In this document: in pieces, positions 28,738 through 37,075 of the stretch
How positions within the stretch are numbered: position 1 is the stretch's first letter
Layout: each line of letters starts with the position of its first letter
Assembly: GCA_035758565.1 (NCBI GenBank)
Contig: DASTXL010000001.1
Coordinates: 267,242 to 331,241 of the forward strand
DNA length: 64,000 nucleotides
Source of the DNA: Candidatus Saccharimonadales bacterium
GTDB taxonomy: Bacteria; Patescibacteriota; Saccharimonadia; Saccharimonadales; UBA10212
Direction: 5' to 3'
Notes under the pieces: generated by a model
Told to the model about the DNA's origin: nothing
The model's input: the letters and a program-made list of their open reading frames with translations, nothing else
The model's database searches: none
Translations under genes and position numbers: made by a program

Positions 28738-30216
28738 ATGGACGGTGACAGTATGCCACTGGTAATCGTTATTACCCACGGTATAAACGCGTTTTGTATC
28801 TTACTGCTTATCCGAAGTGGTTTACACATCCTGGCCGACCATCCAATGCTGTACTGGACCGACCACACCAGACGGGATAACTACTGGCTTAAGTTCGGCA
28901 AGAAGAATATGCCGACCGACAAGCTCTGGACGGCCCATGACGAAGCGGAGGTCTCCAGTCACGTCTTGACGCTACCGGGCGGTGGCCACCACGAATTCGG
29001 CTCGGCGAGGAATTGGCATTTCGCCACAGCTACGATCTGGCTCATTACCGGAGCCGTTTATTGGGGATACATGTTTATCATCGGCGCCTGGCGACGTCTC
29101 ATCCCGACACACTGGAGCATCGTTCCGGCAGCATATCATGACTTCATCGGTTATATTACGCTTCATAAGCCGCCGATTAGTGCTTTCCAACCATATGATC
29201 CGTTGCAGCAACTTACGTATGCGGGCGTCGCATTCTTGCTACCAACATTAATGATCGTGACCGCCCTAGCAATGAGCCCGGCATTTATGAACCGTTTTCC
29301 GCGTTACATGCTGCTCTTCGGCGGCAGACGCCAAGTAGCGCGCAGCCTGCACTTCATTGGCATGCTGTTGTTCAGCATTTTCGTCGTCATCCACATATTA
29401 ATGGTGTCGCTGGTCTACTTCTCGCGGAATGTCCGCCTCATAACCTTCGGCAACACAAACGCCAGCTTAAGCTCCGCACTGACCATCTTTATCGCTGCAA
29501 TATTGCTTATTCTGATCTTCAACATTTTCGCCACCTATTTCACGCTGCGCCATCGGGTTGGTGTACGTAAGGTCCTAGTAAGTATTTTCCAACCAGTCGT
29601 GCATGGTGTCTTCGGCAGGCTCGTGCCACACAAGACGTATAAAAGGCAAGACATTTCACCATTTTTCCGCGTAAACGGCTATCCGCCCGAGACTGAGGAG
29701 TTCTACAAACTCCGCGATAGTGGCTATAAAGACTGGCGGCTCAAAGTCGGCGGTATGGTAGAGCACGAATTATCTCTGAGCCTGGACGAACTAAAAGCAA
29801 TGCCGAGAAAAGAGCAAATCACCAAACACATCTGCATACAAGGCTGGAGTGCTATAGGCGAATGGGGCGGCGTGCAAATGAGAGAAATCATCGCACGATG
29901 CAAACCGGACAAAAGAGCTAAATACGTAGTCTTCCACGCCTACGATGTCGATGTCAACGGCAAGCCGTTTTACGAAGCGCTCCGTGTGACTGACATGAAA
30001 GATCCACTGACTATTTTAGCCTACGAGATGAACTGGGAACCTCTGAGTCTGGAGCATGGTGCGCCGCTACGACTGCGTTGTGAGCGTAAGCTCGGCTATA
30101 AGATGGTCAAGTACATCAAGACTATTGAGTTCGTGGAAGACTTCAAACACATAGGTGAGGGACGTGGTGGCTACCGTGAAGATAACGTGTTGTTCGACTG
30201 GGAAGCCTCAATATAA
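28738..30216 (+). CDS. Fusion protein: N-terminal polytopic His-rich (cytochrome b-like) domain plus C-terminal molybdopterin-binding oxidoreductase domain (sulfite oxidase / MsrP-YedY family)
   Basis: About 6 TM helices with conserved His residues. C-terminal WRLKVGGMVE...HICIQGWSAIGEWGGVQMREII...GAPLRL is typical of the Oxidored_molyb domain. Confidence 0.7.
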   Translation: MDGDSMPLVIVITHGINAFCILLLIRSGLHILADHPMLYWTDHTRRDNYWLKFGKKNMPTDKLWTAHDEAEVSSHVLTLPGGGHHEFGSARNWHFATATIWLITGAVYWGYMFIIGAWRRLIPTHWSIVPAAYHDFIGYITLHKPPISAFQPYDPLQQLTYAGVAFLLPTLMIVTALAMSPAFMNRFPRYMLLFGGRRQVARSLHFIGMLLFSIFVVIHILMVSLVYFSRNVRLITFGNTNASLSSALTIFIAAILLILIFNIFATYFTLRHRVGVRKVLVSIFQPVVHGVFGRLVPHKTYKRQDISPFFRVNGYPPETEEFYKLRDSGYKDWRLKVGGMVEHELSLSLDELKAMPRKEQITKHICIQGWSAIGEWGGVQMREIIARCKPDKRAKYVVFHAYDVDVNGKPFYEALRVTDMKDPLTILAYEMNWEPLSLEHGAPLRLRCERKLGYKMVKYIKTIEFVEDFKHIGEGRGGYREDNVLFDWEASI

Positions 30217-30218
30217 GG

Positions 30219-30968
30219 TTATGCCGCAAGAGAATTAAGCTCGGCGACGCGCGGTAAAATTTGCCATGCACCCGAGTCACTCGTGGCTGTCGGATCGACA
30301 GACCGCTTCCACAACAGAACTGGAGCCTGCTCGCCGGTTGCGGGATTGATAGAGGTGTACTCGACAACTTGGGCGTTATGAATCTCATCAGTATTTACTG
30401 CTAACAAATCATCTTCGGATAAATTCTCCAAAACCAGTTGCGCTGCCCACATCCAATCACGGTGAGTAACCGCTAAAACGGCTTCTGCACCCTCGATATT
30501 GTCTATAAATTGTTTGACCCGACTGACAACATCCGGAACCAATGACTCCCCGCCCGGTGGCACCCAGTGCAGAGGATCAACCTTCATTTGCCTGAAGCTG
30601 TCAGGGTACGCCTGCTCGTGTTGCATTGAAAGCCAGCCACGAATTTTGCCACGGTTACGTTCATCTAGACAATTGTCTCCTTGCCACATTGCTATGGACA
30701 GATCTAGAGCAACGGCAGATTGCTCACTCCGGAGCGCAGACGATACATAGCAGCCGTCAAAAGCTCCCAGCCCACATGCTTGAACGATATGTTTTTGGAT
30801 CCATAAGCCTGCTTGATGGCTTTGTTCGGCCCCCCGGGCAGTTATTTCTTCTTGCTCGGGCTTCTTCGTAGCCGGAACCATATTGCCACGCCTCCAAGCC
30901 GATCGGCGAACATCACCTTCGCTTTCGCCATGCCGCACCAGTACTAAGTGTTGCAAGATTTCACCCAT
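30219..30968 (-). CDS. Histidine phosphatase family protein (phosphoglycerate mutase-like)
   Basis: LVLVRHGESEGD (RHG motif) and a downstream VTHRD. Confidence 0.75.
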   Translation of the reverse strand: MGEILQHLVLVRHGESEGDVRRSAWRRGNMVPATKKPEQEEITARGAEQSHQAGLWIQKHIVQACGLGAFDGCYVSSALRSEQSAVALDLSIAMWQGDNCLDERNRGKIRGWLSMQHEQAYPDSFRQMKVDPLHWVPPGGESLVPDVVSRVKQFIDNIEGAEAVLAVTHRDWMWAAQLVLENLSEDDLLAVNTDEIHNAQVVEYTSINPATGEQAPVLLWKRSVDPTATSDSGAWQILPRVAELNSLAA

Positions 30969-31053
30969 GTCTACAATCCTATAAACTTTTGCTTTTACAG
31001 TGCGTCCATAATCATATGAAAATCATATCATACGATAAGCCTTTTATTATAGA

Positions 31054-31458
31054 ATGGTACAAATGAAGCTTGCTGCATTTACGCCCAGAAAATTTTGCCG
31101 CCGCGTCTTCGGGCAGCTGTGGATGCTGGCTTTGCAATTTGTGCTTGGCATGATACTTAACCTCATAGGGTGGCAAGCAACGGGAGTAGAGCATGTTATC
31201 TATAATAGTGTGCTAATAGTACATGTTCTAAACGCTATCGGATTGGTAGAAGGCGGCATCTATATTGCCCTAAAAGAACAAAGTAAACTGTCTTGGTGGT
31301 CTGCAGCAGCAATAGCCGTGACGTTCTCCGGCGGAGTGCTGACCGTACTCACGAAACAGGATATATGGTCATTTGTTATGGCCTGTGGATTCCTGACCTC
31401 ATCGTGGCTGTATGTCGTGCTGTACATACGTGCCGACCGCATAATGCATGGGCAGTGA
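31054..31458 (+). CDS. Small membrane protein (4 TM), unknown function
   Basis: Hydrophobic profile only. Alternative start at ATG 31063. Confidence 0.5.
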   Translation: MVQMKLAAFTPRKFCRRVFGQLWMLALQFVLGMILNLIGWQATGVEHVIYNSVLIVHVLNAIGLVEGGIYIALKEQSKLSWWSAAAIAVTFSGGVLTVLTKQDIWSFVMACGFLTSSWLYVVLYIRADRIMHGQ

Positions 31459-31779
31459 ATCTTATGCACGATGATTCGTAGCACATTTTAGTAATACGTC
31501 TTTGATGATCAAATCGTCTTTTATACCCTTTGCAAACTCGGCCTTTTCGGTGTAGCTGCCCTTTGTTAGCACATAACGTGCGTACTCTACTGTGGGATCT
31601 TTTCAGATCGATTTTTATGTCGTGATAGCTCACCAGGCTCTGTAATCTCGTAAACAAATTTTACTATTATTGCTGGGTAAGTTAAGGTAAGGCGAGTCAA
31701 AAATTTTGGCGGTAGATGCGCCTGGTTCGAGTCTATTCCTGGCAAGCATAGAATCACGCAAAGTGCGATAATTAGTGCT

Positions 31780-34602
31780 ATGAGCGAGGAATTAAATAAA
31801 GCGCAGGCCGAAGCCGTAGACATTGTTGGCGGGCCAGCATTAGTCGTAGCCGGTGCCGGTACGGGCAAAACGCGGGTTATAACCGAGCGTATCCTAAAAC
31901 TCATCGAAAAAGGCGTAGAGCCGAGCGCTATTATTGCTTTAACGTTTACCGAAAAGGCTGCTGGCGAAATGCTGGACCGTGTGGCCGCTAGCAGCCTAAA
32001 GTTGGCACTAGATGTGCACATAGCTACCTTCAATGGTTTTGGCGGCGAGATACTAAGTCGTTATGGTAGCGAATGGGGATTAGGCAGCTTAAGTTTACTG
32101 GGCGAGACTGGGCAACTAGTTTTTTTGCGTGAGCATTTAGACGAATTGGAGCTGGACTATTTTGCGCCAGTGAGCAATCCGGATGGACAGCTGGCTAATT
32201 TACGAGATTATGTCTCGCGGCTCAAGCAGCAGCTGGTTAAGACCGAAGTTTATCTGGATTATGCTAAAAAGTTGTCGGCCCGCGATGCAGCTGAGAAGCT
32301 AGAAAAAACCAAGCATATAGAGCTGGCACGTTTTTATGACAAATACTCGAAACTGTGCCGGCAACATCAGGTAATCGACTACGACGATCAAGTGTATCTG
32401 ACTGTAGAGCTACTGAACGCCAGGCCAAATATCCTGCTTCAATTGCAAGAACAGTATCAATACGTACTCGTTGATGAATTCCAAGACACCAACCCGATGC
32501 AATCTGTGCTAGTAGATTTACTAACAGGACAGCATCAGAACCTAATGGTAGTTGGCGACGACGATCAAAGCATTTACGGTTGGCGCGGGGCAACGCTAGC
32601 TAACATTTTGGATTTCAAAAAAAGATATCCAAAGGCGCGTGAAATTACACTTATAGAAAACTATCGTAGCACGCAGCCAATCTTGGACGCGGCTTACCGA
32701 CTAATCCAAAACAACAACCCGGAGCGTCTGGAAGTAATTAATAAATTAGACAAACGACTGCACGCCCAAACTGACGGGCCGGCGCCGAAGTTGCAGCATT
32801 TTTTTACGTTTGAATCTGAGCTGACGTGGGTGGCAGAAGAAATTGCGCAGCGTGTCAAAGGCGGTGAAGACCCGGCACAAATCGCCGTACTGGCACGTGG
32901 GCGAGCCAGTGTAGACCGCGTGCATGAAGTACTGGAGCTACATGATATACCGCATGCTGTAGCCGGGCAGAAGAACAATTTATACCGCCAGCCGGCAGTG
33001 CTGCGACTGATAGAAACACTGAAGGCCATAGCCGACCCCACGGACAGCTTGGCGCTGTTCCACGCTTTAAGCGGGCCAGTTTTTAATGTAGTGCACAGCG
33101 AGTTGGCTGAGCTCAATTCTAAAGCACGTAGCGAGCACAGGGGTCTAGCAGAGATAATTACCAGCTCGGACAGCCAAGTCTGCAAGCAAGCACTACAGCG
33201 GCTTTCCGAATGGCGGACTATGAGTCAAAACGAAAGCGTCGGCTCGCTGGCTTACAGCATCATTACTGACAGTGGTTGGAAAAACCGGCTATACGCCGAG
33301 GCGCAGAAAGATAGCGAGGCCTATGTCCAGATGCAGGCATTAAGCGAATACTTCAAAACTTTACGCGACTTTGAGCGGGCCAGTGGGTTGCCCAGTGTGC
33401 AAAGCTATATTTTAAGCCTGCCAACACTTGAAGCCGGCGGTAGTGACTTCGAAGACGTATCGCTGCAAATTAGCGATTCCGCCGTAAACGTAATGACGGT
33501 GCACTCGGCCAAAGGTCTGGAGTGGGACACAGTGTTTATTGTTGATCTTGTAGAACGATCTTTCCCGCTTGCCGGTAGTAGCCGCGGTTCGTTGACTATT
33601 CCGTTAGAACTGCAAAATGTCACTAACGCAGACGATCACATGGCCGAAGAGCGCCGGCTGATGTACGTGGCTGTGACGCGAGCCCGGCGTGAGTTGAACT
33701 TGAGCTATAGTAGTCGTCACGGTAGCGGCGCACATCGCACAGCGTCGCGTTTTATTACCGAGATGTTTGGTGACATCAATACTGCGGAAACTACCGATCA
33801 ATCCGACCAAACCAACCTCGAATTATTTGCGCCCAAGCAACCCGGGCAGACTGTAGCATCGTTGCCGGCTTATATTTTAAAGGGCGGCACGCTGAGCTTG
33901 AGTGCCAGCCAAATTGAATGTTGGCTGAATTGTCCGCAGGACTTTTACTACAAGCATGTACTAGCAATGCCCGAGCAGCAGAGCCCGCTGGCAGCGTACG
34001 GCACAGCCATCCACGACGTCATTCGTGCCATTTTCGATGGCCGCCGAGCTGGGCAGATGCCCACATTAGCCGAGCTGACAAAAAGGGTCGAGCAAGCCTT
34101 GTCGCAAACAGGCTACACTAGCGCTGGCCATCGGCAGCGACATCATGCTCAGGCGCTAAAATCCTTGCAAATGATTTACGAGCGCTTCACCAAAGAAGAG
34201 TTACCTAGCCGCGACGAAGCCGATTTTGCCGTAACACTGTCGGATTTGCCAATAAAAATTACCGGGCGAATGGACGCGATTTACGAACGAGCCGATGGCG
34301 TGGAAATTCGCGACTTCAAAACCAGCACCAGCGTAACCACAGAGCAAAAGGCTAAGCAGCGCGCAACCAACTCGGATCAGCTGACTGTTTACGCATTAGT
34401 TTGGCAATTGATCCATGGCGAACTACCCAGGCTACTGGCCCTGGATTTTATAGAGACAAACCAACTTGGTACCGTTCGCAAAACCCAACGCGGCATCGAC
34501 ACGCTGAAAAGCAAACTAATCATTATGAACGAGCAGTTACGAGTCGGGCAGTATCCGCCGGGCCGCGACCATAGCTACTGCTCACATCCACCTCTAAATT
34601 AG
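31780..34602 (+). CDS. UvrD/PcrA-type SF1 helicase fused to a C-terminal PD-(D/E)XK (RecB/AddA-like) nuclease
   Basis: Walker A AGAGTGKT, DEFQDTNP, VGDDDQSIYGWRGA, TVHSAKGLEW, VAVTRAR. C-terminal GRMDAIY...EIRDFKT nuclease motif. Confidence 0.85.
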   Translation: MSEELNKAQAEAVDIVGGPALVVAGAGTGKTRVITERILKLIEKGVEPSAIIALTFTEKAAGEMLDRVAASSLKLALDVHIATFNGFGGEILSRYGSEWGLGSLSLLGETGQLVFLREHLDELELDYFAPVSNPDGQLANLRDYVSRLKQQLVKTEVYLDYAKKLSARDAAEKLEKTKHIELARFYDKYSKLCRQHQVIDYDDQVYLTVELLNARPNILLQLQEQYQYVLVDEFQDTNPMQSVLVDLLTGQHQNLMVVGDDDQSIYGWRGATLANILDFKKRYPKAREITLIENYRSTQPILDAAYRLIQNNNPERLEVINKLDKRLHAQTDGPAPKLQHFFTFESELTWVAEEIAQRVKGGEDPAQIAVLARGRASVDRVHEVLELHDIPHAVAGQKNNLYRQPAVLRLIETLKAIADPTDSLALFHALSGPVFNVVHSELAELNSKARSEHRGLAEIITSSDSQVCKQALQRLSEWRTMSQNESVGSLAYSIITDSGWKNRLYAEAQKDSEAYVQMQALSEYFKTLRDFERASGLPSVQSYILSLPTLEAGGSDFEDVSLQISDSAVNVMTVHSAKGLEWDTVFIVDLVERSFPLAGSSRGSLTIPLELQNVTNADDHMAEERRLMYVAVTRARRELNLSYSSRHGSGAHRTASRFITEMFGDINTAETTDQSDQTNLELFAPKQPGQTVASLPAYILKGGTLSLSASQIECWLNCPQDFYYKHVLAMPEQQSPLAAYGTAIHDVIRAIFDGRRAGQMPTLAELTKRVEQALSQTGYTSAGHRQRHHAQALKSLQMIYERFTKEELPSRDEADFAVTLSDLPIKITGRMDAIYERADGVEIRDFKTSTSVTTEQKAKQRATNSDQLTVYALVWQLIHGELPRLLALDFIETNQLGTVRKTQRGIDTLKSKLIIMNEQLRVGQYPPGRDHSYCSHPPLN

Positions 34603-34611
34603 AGCAAATAT

Positions 34612-34642
34612 AAAAACGCCCGGGTTAAAACCGGACGTTTTT
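34612..34642. terminator. Bidirectional hairpin terminator between the helicase and aquaporin genes
   Basis: aaaaacgcccgg pairs with ccggacgttttt; A-run and T-run on either side. Confidence 0.6.
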
Positions 34643-34658
34643 ATTAAATGCTTCTTAC

Positions 34659-35339
34659 TTATTTTTTCTTAGTGGTCGAGCGCTTGACTACAACACCGGC
34701 CTTAGCGGCACGAGATGCAGAAGTTGGAGCGAACAGGTAGGTGTAAAGATTGACACCGACCAAAGCACCAAGCAGTGGGCCAAGAATGTAGACCCAATCA
34801 AAGCTACGCAAACCTAGAGCAACCGCCGGGTTCAAAAAACCAGCAGCAGCCGTGGCGGCAATCATTATACCGGCAAACAAAGCTGTGGCATAAGTCAAGG
34901 CTGACTCAAGAGCATTGAAGCCGCGAGTAATAGCCGCCGCAAAGCCCATAGAAAGTACCAAGGTACCTACGGCCTCAGCTAGTAGTACGCGCCAGTTCCA
35001 GCTGGCAGTGCGAGCTTGAAGTTTGTGGTCAGTAAAGTACTGGTAGAGCTGCCATGAGGCAAAGCCACCAACCAACTGAGCCACGATATATGAAACGGCG
35101 CGCAGAGTAGTTACCCGGCGGGCAGTCCACATACCAAATGTGATAGCTGGGTTAACATGAGCTCCCGAAAGACCAGAGAACATCATATATACCACGCCCA
35201 AAGTCGCAGCCACACTGGTGGCAACGAAGTAAGAAACCGACGTGATTTCGCTCAACGCCAGCGCCACCATGACCAAAGTAGCCGTCCCGAGGAACTCTCC
35301 GAGGACAGGAGCTGCCTTGGCTCTTGTTACATATTGCAT
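34659..35339 (-). CDS. MIP-family channel (aquaporin/glycerol facilitator)
   Basis: Two NPA boxes (HVNPAITFG, FLNPAVALG). SD taaggaggg upstream. Confidence 0.9.
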   Translation of the reverse strand: MQYVTRAKAAPVLGEFLGTATLVMVALALSEITSVSYFVATSVAATLGVVYMMFSGLSGAHVNPAITFGMWTARRVTTLRAVSYIVAQLVGGFASWQLYQYFTDHKLQARTASWNWRVLLAEAVGTLVLSMGFAAAITRGFNALESALTYATALFAGIMIAATAAAGFLNPAVALGLRSFDWVYILGPLLGALVGVNLYTYLFAPTSASRAAKAGVVVKRSTTKKK

Positions 35340-35494
35340 CGAACCCTCCTTAGTTTAATCATGAACCTTACTATATACGGTTATTATGCTTATGCCAAGT
35401 TGCGGCTTCGCCTCATAAGAGCAAGCCTGCAGTTTTTCCTCCTTGTAACTCCTTGCTTTTCTTATTAGGTTTACTGAGTTGTTATAATAGATAT

Positions 35495-35749
35495 ATGAGC
35501 GAGCCAGCAACCGTAACTATATACAGCGCTCCTTGGTGCGCCTTCTGCCGGATGGCCAAGGACTATTTAACGAGCCTTAATGTAGCCTATAAAGACATTA
35601 ACGTCGATGAAGACCACGACGCCGCCCGAGCAATGGTGGCCAAGACCGGCCAGGCCGGAATTCCCGTTTTAGAGATAGGCGAAGCGGTAGTTATTGGCTT
35701 CGACAAACCCCGAATTGATTCAGCATTAAAACAATACAATCTGGCCTAG
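35495..35749 (+). CDS. Glutaredoxin-like protein (NrdH/YruB type)
   Basis: VTIYSAPWCAFCRMAKDYL (CxxC) and GIPVLEIG. I moved the start to ATG 35495, which lies 6 nt after TATAAT (35483-35488). Confidence 0.75.
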   Translation: MSEPATVTIYSAPWCAFCRMAKDYLTSLNVAYKDINVDEDHDAARAMVAKTGQAGIPVLEIGEAVVIGFDKPRIDSALKQYNLA

Positions 35750-35801
35750 ATATAGCGTGTCTTTGGTTTAAAAAGGCCCTATATATGGGTATACTTAAGG
35801 T

Positions 35802-36386
35802 ATGAGCGAGATACTCGACAGACCAGCTGGCGGTGAGATGCCGCGCAATCCGTTAGACGGCTTTTCTTTTATAGCCGGAAGCTTTGCTGAACCGTTACCG
35901 GCTCGGGTTAACGACATTAAAAAAGCTAACCCCAGTCATAGAACCCAAACTCCGGAACTAATAATGTACACCTTAGAGTTAGCCGGTCTAATCCCGTCGC
36001 GAGAACAATTGGAGCTTCAGAGGGCGGAATTCTTAGACTTCGAGAACGTTGAAGGTCAGGAGCAAGCCTTAGAAGCCGCCGCTGCGCTGCGGCAGGCCAT
36101 CCAGGAGGCCGCCAACGAGGCTTCTGTGGAGCGCTTAGAAATGCGTCCATCGCAATTTGACGCGATTCGCCAAGCAACCAGCATCTTGACTCCTGCCAAC
36201 ACGCCGGCTCTAAAAATTATTAAAGCTATGGCCACCAAACACAAACACGCCGATAGAGACATTAAGGTTGACGCGCTATTAAATCCTACCGAAGCCGCTT
36301 ACTGCGAAGATGTGTTTAGAATTCTGGCTGCCAGACAATTGCAGACTGAATATTCTGATAGAATAAGCGGGCAATATGGCGTTTGA
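35802..36386 (+). CDS. Hypothetical protein (194 aa)
   Basis: ORF overlaps the cobO-like start by 11 nt, implying coupled translation. No motif recognised. Confidence 0.5.
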   Translation: MSEILDRPAGGEMPRNPLDGFSFIAGSFAEPLPARVNDIKKANPSHRTQTPELIMYTLELAGLIPSREQLELQRAEFLDFENVEGQEQALEAAAALRQAIQEAANEASVERLEMRPSQFDAIRQATSILTPANTPALKIIKAMATKHKHADRDIKVDALLNPTEAAYCEDVFRILAARQLQTEYSDRISGQYGV

Positions 36387-36945
36387 AGACTATAAAACAA
36401 AAGAGTCAGTAATCGTTGTTTACACTGGCGAGGGCAAAGGAAAAACCAGCGCCAGCGTAGGTTTGTTAGCCCGATCCTTGGGCAGCGGCTGGAGGGCTGC
36501 CTACATTCAATTCATTAAGCATTGGAACGTCGGCGAGCACGACTTTATTCACAAAATCGAACCGGTTTTTGGCGATAAACTCTTCTTTTATAAAGGCGGC
36601 AAAGGCTTTTACGATGCCGGAGATTTGAGCGCCAAAAACGTCTCAGAAGAAGAACATAAAAAGGCCGCTCAAAGCACTTACGATATGGCTTACAAACTAG
36701 CCACTAGCGGTGACTATGATATTGTGATTTGCGACGAAATAAACAACGCCGCCCATCATGGCCTAATAACCAAAGACGATTTAAAGAAACTTATTAAAGA
36801 CAAGGCAGAGAAGACCAGCCTGTGCCTAACTGGCCGCGATTTTCCGGAAGAGCTGCTGCCGCTCACCGACATCGCTACTAACATGACCAAAATCAAACAT
36901 CACTTCGACGATAAGTTTCTGGCGAACAAGGGTATTGATTTCTAG
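36376..36945 (+). CDS. cobO: Cob(I)yrinic acid a,c-diamide / cob(I)alamin adenosyltransferase (CobA/CobO/BtuR family)
   Basis: VIVVYTGEGKGKTSASVGLLARSLGSGWRAAYIQFIKHWNVGE matches the P-loop family signature. Confidence 0.8.
   Translation: MAFEDYKTKESVIVVYTGEGKGKTSASVGLLARSLGSGWRAAYIQFIKHWNVGEHDFIHKIEPVFGDKLFFYKGGKGFYDAGDLSAKNVSEEEHKKAAQSTYDMAYKLATSGDYDIVICDEINNAAHHGLITKDDLKKLIKDKAEKTSLCLTGRDFPEELLPLTDIATNMTKIKHHFDDKFLANKGIDF
36893..36944 (+). repeat. Direct repeat copy 1 (last 52 nt of cobO)
   Basis: tcaaacatcacttcgacgataagtttctggcgaacaagggtattgatttcta is identical to 37024-37075. Confidence 0.95.
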
Positions 36946-36994
36946 AAAGATCGCTATTTACCCCTGGTTGGATGTTTGATTTTCTATCCGGGGC

Positions 36995-37018
36995 CCCCGC
37001 AAATTTTAATTTGTGGGG
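36995..37018 (+). terminator. Hairpin CCCCGCAAATTTTAATTTGTGGGG (family copy H1), likely the cobO terminator
   Basis: 10-11 bp stem including one G-U pair, followed by ttt. 22/24 identical to the reverse complement of 57297-57320. Confidence 0.55.
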
Positions 37019-37023
37019 TTTAG

Positions 37024-37075
37024 TCAAACATCACTTCGACGATAAGTTTCTGGCGAACAAGGGTATTGATTTCTA
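37024..37075 (+). repeat. Direct repeat copy 2 (orphan copy of the cobO 3' end)
   Basis: 52/52 identical to 36893-36944. The next base makes a TAA stop where copy 1 has TAG. Its end overlaps the stop codon of the convergent ParB-like gene. Confidence 0.95.

Noticed and set aside
25300-31780. Calling 25.3-31.8 kb a horizontally acquired genomic island bounded by tRNA-like fragments
   Set aside because: Spot GC counts of several lines (about 43-53%) do not differ visibly from the rest of the window. The ggttcga-containing strings at about 25377 (minus strand) and 31721-31734 do not form T-arms, and a 7-mer like this is expected several times by chance in 64 kb. No integrase or transposase is present. 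I kept it only as a hypothesis to test by composition and phylogeny.
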